Shown: positions 58,541 to 64,000 of the stretch, piece by piece
Numbering within the stretch: the stretch's first letter is position 1
Layout of the letters: each line of letters opens with the position of its first letter
Assembly: GCA_036525955.1 (NCBI GenBank)
Contig: DATCZJ010000013.1
Coordinates: 2,072-66,071 of the forward strand
Direction of reading: 5' to 3'
DNA length: 64,000 nt
Source: Woeseiaceae bacterium
GTDB lineage: Bacteria; Pseudomonadota; Gammaproteobacteria; Steroidobacterales; Woeseiaceae
Made by a program: the position numbers and the translations under genes
Notes under the pieces: generated by a model
What the model was told of the DNA's origin: nothing
The model's database searches: none
What the model saw: the letters and a program-made list of their open reading frames with translations, nothing else

Positions 58541-58641
58541 CCGCGAGTTGTGTTGTGGCGTCGAACACCGTGAAAAGACGCGAATCGGCTGTAACGGGTC
58601 CAGATCGGTCCCGACCCGGGAGCCGCTCATATTTTGTCAAA

Positions 58642-60372
58642 TTATTCGACACTACCTGGCGTGGCGGTCTTTTCGATCAGGCCGGCGACACTGAAGAAAC
58701 GCCCGTTCCTGACGACCGCCACGACATTCACGGCATCGGCGACGTCCTTGAGCGGGTCCCCGTCGATGAACACGAGGTCCGCAACGGCGCCGAGCGCGAC
58801 TCGCCCCAGCGCCGGATCGACGCCCAGGGCCGCTGCGGCGTTGACGCCGCCCGCGCGCAATGCCTGCGGCGGTCTGAGGCCTGCAGCAACCAGTGCGCGG
58901 AGTTCGGCGTGCAACCCGATGCCGGCCGGCAGCCCGTTCGGCCGGCTGCCGAGCACCACGCCCGTGATGCCGCGATCGATGACGGGGGGCTCGGTGAATC
59001 GCCTGACGACGGGTCCCGTTACGCCGAGCAGCGTCGCCTGCCGCGACCGCAGCAGCTCATCCATGCCGGGCGTACCGGCATCCGCAAGTCCGGATATGAC
59101 CTCCACATTCCAGTCGGCGGCCGGCAGCAGTCGCGGGCCCGGCATGGCCTTGCCGGACCAGAGCGTGTTCAGGCGATCAGCATCCTCGTGCGCCGCGACG
59201 ATCGTGGTGAGGCCTGCGGCGAGCAGCAGGGGGCCAATCGCCGCATCCGCGTTTTCGGGCAGGCGCGCCGCCACATCGACGAGACCGGGCATGATCGCCA
59301 GGTCGCCGAGGTCGATCACGATGGTGCCCGGTCGTTCGCCGCGCGGTTCGATCGCCGTGATGCGGCCACGATCGATCACGATGTCGCGGTCGGTCTGGTA
59401 CTGGCTGCCGATGCCGTCCCAGAAGCGTGCGGCGCGCACCACGATGCGGCCGGCTGGTTCTTCGACCGGCGGCAGCGTTCGCCGCACGCGCTCGGTCACG
59501 GGCGCCGGCGCTGCCTCGATGCGCGCGCGAAACGGCACGGTACGGGATGACCAGGCATCGAAGCTGCGCTCCCGGATTGCGCCGCCGGCGGCAAACACCA
59601 TGTGCTGCCGGTCGCGCCAGGCGACCGGTGCCTGGAAGTAGTGCTCGCCATTTGCGTAGGCCCTGACGAGCCGCGGTTCGGACAGGATCACGATGTTCAG
59701 CATCACCCTGTCCGCCTGCTGTACGAAAAAGGCGATGAGGCTGCCATCCGGACGCCACGACGGCGTGGCGATTCGATCGGGTCCCGACACCAGCACCTCT
59801 TCGGGCTGACCGAAAGGACGCAGGATCAGCGACCAGGTCTCTCCGTCGTGATGCACGTAGACGAGGTCGCGACCGGACGCCGACCACGCGGGGTCGGTCT
59901 CGTCGCCGGGTCGATCGGACAGGCGCCAGTGCAGGCCCGTGGGCAGATCGGTTTCCCACAGGTCGAACCCGGTACCCGTGCGATCGGATGCGTAGACCAG
60001 GCGCTCGCCATCGGGGTGCCAGGCGGGCGTGATGTCGAAACGGTTTGCCGCGCTGACTTCGCGCGTGGTGCCCGATTCGAGGTCATGGACCCGGATTTGC
60101 TGCGCCTGCTCGCGGAATGTCAGGAACGCGATCCGCGAGCCGTCGGGTGACCAGCGCGGCCGTCGCGGAGTGTGCGCGCCAAGCCCGAGTGCGCTTGCCT
60201 CGCCGCCGCCCGCCGGGACAATCCAGATATCGCCCGCGACGTCGATCACGTAGCGGCCATCGGGCGCGATGTCGACCGACAGGCTGGCGCTGCGGGTGAT
60301 CGTCTCCTGCGCGCCGACCGCTGCGGCGAGCAGCAGGGCTGCGAGACAGAATGGGGCGTATCGGTTCATCAT
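58642..60372 (-). CDS. secreted TolB-like beta-propeller protein fused to an amidohydrolase-like domain (HxH motif absent)
   Basis: It has a signal peptide and repeated PD40-like segments (SPDG..IAF, WHPDGERLVYASDR, WSASGRDLVY, WRPDGSLIAF). The C-terminus has amidohydrolase-type IMPGLVDV... and GAVADLVFIDGDPL motifs. Confidence 0.75.
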   Translation of the reverse strand: MMNRYAPFCLAALLLAAAVGAQETITRSASLSVDIAPDGRYVIDVAGDIWIVPAGGGEASALGLGAHTPRRPRWSPDGSRIAFLTFREQAQQIRVHDLESGTTREVSAANRFDITPAWHPDGERLVYASDRTGTGFDLWETDLPTGLHWRLSDRPGDETDPAWSASGRDLVYVHHDGETWSLILRPFGQPEEVLVSGPDRIATPSWRPDGSLIAFFVQQADRVMLNIVILSEPRLVRAYANGEHYFQAPVAWRDRQHMVFAAGGAIRERSFDAWSSRTVPFRARIEAAPAPVTERVRRTLPPVEEPAGRIVVRAARFWDGIGSQYQTDRDIVIDRGRITAIEPRGERPGTIVIDLGDLAIMPGLVDVAARLPENADAAIGPLLLAAGLTTIVAAHEDADRLNTLWSGKAMPGPRLLPAADWNVEVISGLADAGTPGMDELLRSRQATLLGVTGPVVRRFTEPPVIDRGITGVVLGSRPNGLPAGIGLHAELRALVAAGLRPPQALRAGGVNAAAALGVDPALGRVALGAVADLVFIDGDPLKDVADAVNVVAVVRNGRFFSVAGLIEKTATPGSVE

Positions 60373-61898
60373 CGGGCGTCGGGATTGTACACGCCGCCTT
60401 CACGTCGCGGATCTGCCGCGACATCGAATCCGTTCACGGCGTCGAACACGGCCACGCCGACACCACCGAAATACATCGATAGCTCGGGAAAGATGCTCGT
60501 CGGCAGGTCCACCGCTGGCAGGTCGAGGCCGGATTCGGCCTTGAGTTGCACGACGTCGCCACTCGTGTCGACGTGCACGCGCGGGTGGGCGATCGCCGCT
60601 TCGAGCGGCATCTCGAACTGCAGGTAGTTGATCAGGAACTGCTGCAAGGCCGTGGTGATGCGGTCCGCACCCGGCGAGCCGACCGCGAGCACCGCGCCCT
60701 CGCGTCGTGCCACGCTGGGCGCCATGTTCGACGGCAGCCGCGCGCCGACGGGACCGGCATCGAGACCGCGGCGGTTGAGCTCGATTTCCCCGAGGCAATT
60801 ATTCAGCCACAGCCCCGTGCCGGCGGGCATTTCGCCCGAGCCGTAACCCGACGATGCGGTGATGGCGCAAGCCGTGCCACGATCGTCCACGACCGAGGTA
60901 TGAACCGTCGATGCCGACGTCCAGCGAGACAAAAGTCGACCGCTGCGGGCGTCGTCGATCAGGCGCAGCGCGTCCGGGGAGATGTCGTCGGCGAGGTCGA
61001 GGCACGACTGGCGAAAATCGAGGCATGCGCGTTGCGCATCGATCAGTCGCGCCAGGGTCTCTGCATCCCACTGGTTTGCGTCGCGCCCGCCGAAAGCGAG
61101 CAGCATGGCGGTCAGCATCGCGCCACCGACCGCGGGCGGGGGGTTGCTCGCGAGATGCCAGTCGCCGATGTCGGCGACGAGCGCGGCGCGTTCGATCGCC
61201 CGATAGTCCCGGAGGTCCTCACGGGTCAGCATGCCGTCGCCTTCGCGGCAATGCCTGGCGATCGCGACCGCGAGATCGCCTTCGTAGAACGCCCTTGCGC
61301 CCTCGCGCGCGATCAGCTCGAGCGAGTCCGCGAGCTGCGGCACGACGACCGTATCGCCGGCGTCGAGCAAATCGCCGTTCTCGCGGTGCAGCGCGGCATG
61401 GCCGTCCATGCTGCGACCGAAGATCGAGTCGCCGGAGTAGCCGAGGTAATAGCGGCAGGCGGCGGGCAGCGGGAACCCGTCGCGACAGGCACGCACTGAC
61501 GGCTCGAGAATGTCGGGCCACGGCACGCTGCCGAAGCGCCGCCAGGCATGCTCCATCGCGGCCAGCGTGCCCGGCACCGCGACCGAGCCCGGCCCGACGA
61601 GCGTCGTGATGCCGCCGCCATAGTCGAGTTCCACGGTGACGGCGCCGCGGCCCTTCTCCGCATCGGGCAGGCCGCTGCCAGGTACCGCGACATTGCCGTC
61701 GATCGTGACGGGGTCGTCGCCCGCGCGCCAGATCGTGATGAAGGCGCTGCCGCCCAGGGCGCAGACGCCGGGTTCGGTATTGACCGTCAGGAGCGACGCC
61801 GCGAGCGCGCAGTCGACCGCGTTGCCGCCCTCCAGGGCGACCTGTTGCGCGGCATCCGCTGCGAGCTGCGAGGTTGTGGCGACGGCGATCCTGGTCAC
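60369..61898 (-). CDS. ggt: gamma-glutamyltransferase family protein
   Basis: Ntn-hydrolase GGT pattern: an N-terminal AVDCALAA..L.V..P...LGG, a nucleophile region TVHTSVVD and a C-terminal PRVH. Confidence 0.85.
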   Translation of the reverse strand: MTRIAVATTSQLAADAAQQVALEGGNAVDCALAASLLTVNTEPGVCALGGSAFITIWRAGDDPVTIDGNVAVPGSGLPDAEKGRGAVTVELDYGGGITTLVGPGSVAVPGTLAAMEHAWRRFGSVPWPDILEPSVRACRDGFPLPAACRYYLGYSGDSIFGRSMDGHAALHRENGDLLDAGDTVVVPQLADSLELIAREGARAFYEGDLAVAIARHCREGDGMLTREDLRDYRAIERAALVADIGDWHLASNPPPAVGGAMLTAMLLAFGGRDANQWDAETLARLIDAQRACLDFRQSCLDLADDISPDALRLIDDARSGRLLSRWTSASTVHTSVVDDRGTACAITASSGYGSGEMPAGTGLWLNNCLGEIELNRRGLDAGPVGARLPSNMAPSVARREGAVLAVGSPGADRITTALQQFLINYLQFEMPLEAAIAHPRVHVDTSGDVVQLKAESGLDLPAVDLPTSIFPELSMYFGGVGVAVFDAVNGFDVAADPRREGGVYNPDAR

Positions 61899-61928
61899 GT
61901 GCTGCTGCTGGCTCGTTGTCCCCGCGGA

Positions 61929-63053
<1,125 letters not shown>

Positions 63054-63247
63054 TCAGGTTTCTGATCGAACGTGTGTCACGCGATATTCGCATGATTGAC
63101 CCGCAGGTGACAGCCGCGGTCCGGGCGAGCCGCGAGAATCGTTCATCCGTCGTTCATAAAAGCATGAAAATCAGTTGCTTGTGTTCATCGATGGTTCATC
63201 CCGCGGGCCCTACCCTGAGGCTGCACTGTCACAAACCGGAGGTCGAG

Positions 63248-63631
63248 ATGAACAGAACATTCGCAATTGCATTGCTGCTCGGCGGCATGCTCATGATCGA
63301 TTCGCCCGAGGCGGCGGCGCACAAGTCGGCGCACAATGTCTATGCACCGCCGGCCCGTCATCACGTCGAAATGCATCGCGCGAAACACATGCCGGCCTGG
63401 CTGTGGCGCGACCGCGCGTTCCGCCACTGGTATCGCCATACGCCGCTCCGTCATAACCACCGGATCGGCTGGCACGGGCTCTACGAGCTGTTTCTCTGGG
63501 ACCAGGCGACTGCACGGTACCGTGAGCCCCGCCACCACCGTGATGATCATCACGACAGGCATGGCAAGCGCCATCATCGTGACGATCATGACGACAGGCA
63601 CGGTAAACGCCGGCATCGTCAGAAACACTAA
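63248..63631 (+). CDS. hypothetical secreted His/Arg/Asp-rich protein
   Basis: The ATG at 63248 gives a signal peptide MNRTFAIALLLGGMLMIDSPEAAA. The mature part is 25-30 percent His, with a duplicated C-terminal HHRDDHHDRHGKR unit. Confidence 0.7.
   Translation: MNRTFAIALLLGGMLMIDSPEAAAHKSAHNVYAPPARHHVEMHRAKHMPAWLWRDRAFRHWYRHTPLRHNHRIGWHGLYELFLWDQATARYREPRHHRDDHHDRHGKRHHRDDHDDRHGKRRHRQKH
63533..63610 (+). repeat. 39-nt in-frame tandem duplication (HHRDDHHDRHGKR twice)
   Basis: Two adjacent 39-nt units differ at a few mostly synonymous positions. This is directly visible in the sequence. Confidence 0.8.
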
Positions 63632-63661
63632 CGTTCGCAACTAATTTTTCCGGAGTTCCTC

Positions 63662-63690
63662 GCCGGCCCGGATTTGCCGGGCCGGCTTTC
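63662..63690 (+). terminator. probable intrinsic terminator
   Basis: A 10-bp GC stem (GCCGGCCCGG / CCGGGCCGGC) with a 5-nt loop is followed by a short TTT, 31 nt after the stop. Confidence 0.5.
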
Positions 63691-63748
63691 ACTGTGTCCG
63701 TCGGTGCGGTAAAACATCTTTTTGACGCGCGCACCAAAGACACGGCAC

Positions 63749-64000
63749 ATGACCCTCGATGACCTTCGCACGAACCTTTCTGCTGTCGACCGGCACCTGA
63801 TTGAACTGATTGCCGAGCGGCAGCGCATCGTCGCGGAGATCGGCAGGAGCAAGCTGCAAACCGGTGCAGGCACGCGCGACTACGCGCGTGAAAAGGAAGT
63901 CATCGAGATGGGTCGTGCGCAGGCCAGCAAGGTCGGTGTCGATCCGGATATCGCCGAGGAACTCCTGCAGCTCCTGATTCGAACGTCGCTCGAGAGCCAG
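63749..64000 (+). CDS. chorismate mutase domain protein (N-terminus of PheA/TyrA-type bifunctional enzyme or standalone CM); 3' end cut by window edge
   Basis: The ATG at 63749 is open to the window end: MTLDDLRTNLSAVDRHLIELIAERQRIVAEIGRSK......RDYAREKEVIE is the CM type 2 pattern. It is absent from the ORF track because there is no stop in the window. Confidence 0.8.
   Translation, partial: MTLDDLRTNLSAVDRHLIELIAERQRIVAEIGRSKLQTGAGTRDYAREKEVIEMGRAQASKVGVDPDIAEELLQLLIRTSLESQ

Noticed and set aside
58421-58630. A 69-aa minus-strand ORF in the large intergenic region.
   Set aside because: It has no Shine-Dalgarno and its composition is atypical for this genome's proteins. It lies upstream of the candidate promoter, so I treat it as non-coding.

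Overview
GC-rich, densely coding, largely core-genome segment of a Gammaproteobacterium. I found no rRNA, tRNA, CRISPR array, transposase, integrase or phage genes. All product calls rest on remembered family motifs and synteny, because no searches were possible. From left to right the window holds: PBP4 (cut by the window edge), ygiM-like, cysB/cysK, a GGDEF-EAL protein and glnE. Next is an LPS inner-core cluster (hldD, a decayed waaF remnant, a GT9 transferase, kdkA, lpxL), then cell-wall remodelling genes (M14-like peptidase, MltD-like transglycosylase, L,D-transpeptidase) and ppnN. A heat-shock unit htpG-msrB-fkbP follows, then rocD and an HU-like gene. The long block yggU-yggT-proC-yggS / pilT-pilU ... 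pyrB-ruvX-yqgE-tonB-gshB / pilGHIJ-chpA-chpC follows the Pseudomonas twitching-motility region. It differs from that region by an extra PilT/PilU paralog, an arsR-arsC-acr3 operon, a PyrK-like gene in place of pyrC', and the absence of pyrR, pilK and chpB. The right end holds rsmE, ampD-ampE-btuF-like-GNAT, a PduO-type adenosyltransferase, an amidase/HExxH-protein/ABC-ATPase operon, an adhC-ggt-amidohydrolase-like operon, a His-rich secreted protein and the start of a chorismate mutase gene. I did not find a clear multi-gene novel system. The most interesting unexplained signal is the AT-rich 590-bp gap at 58051-58641. It holds a sigma-54-type promoter, a roughly 200-nt ORF-less transcript rich in AAN triplets, and an intrinsic terminator just upstream of the amidase operon. 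This could be a candidate Hfq-sponge-like sRNA or an attenuating leader. Other points worth checking are the waaF remnant, the pyrB/PyrK-like coupling, a membrane-anchored HExxHxxGxxD protein, an amidohydrolase-like domain without the HxH motif, and several uncharacterised small proteins.
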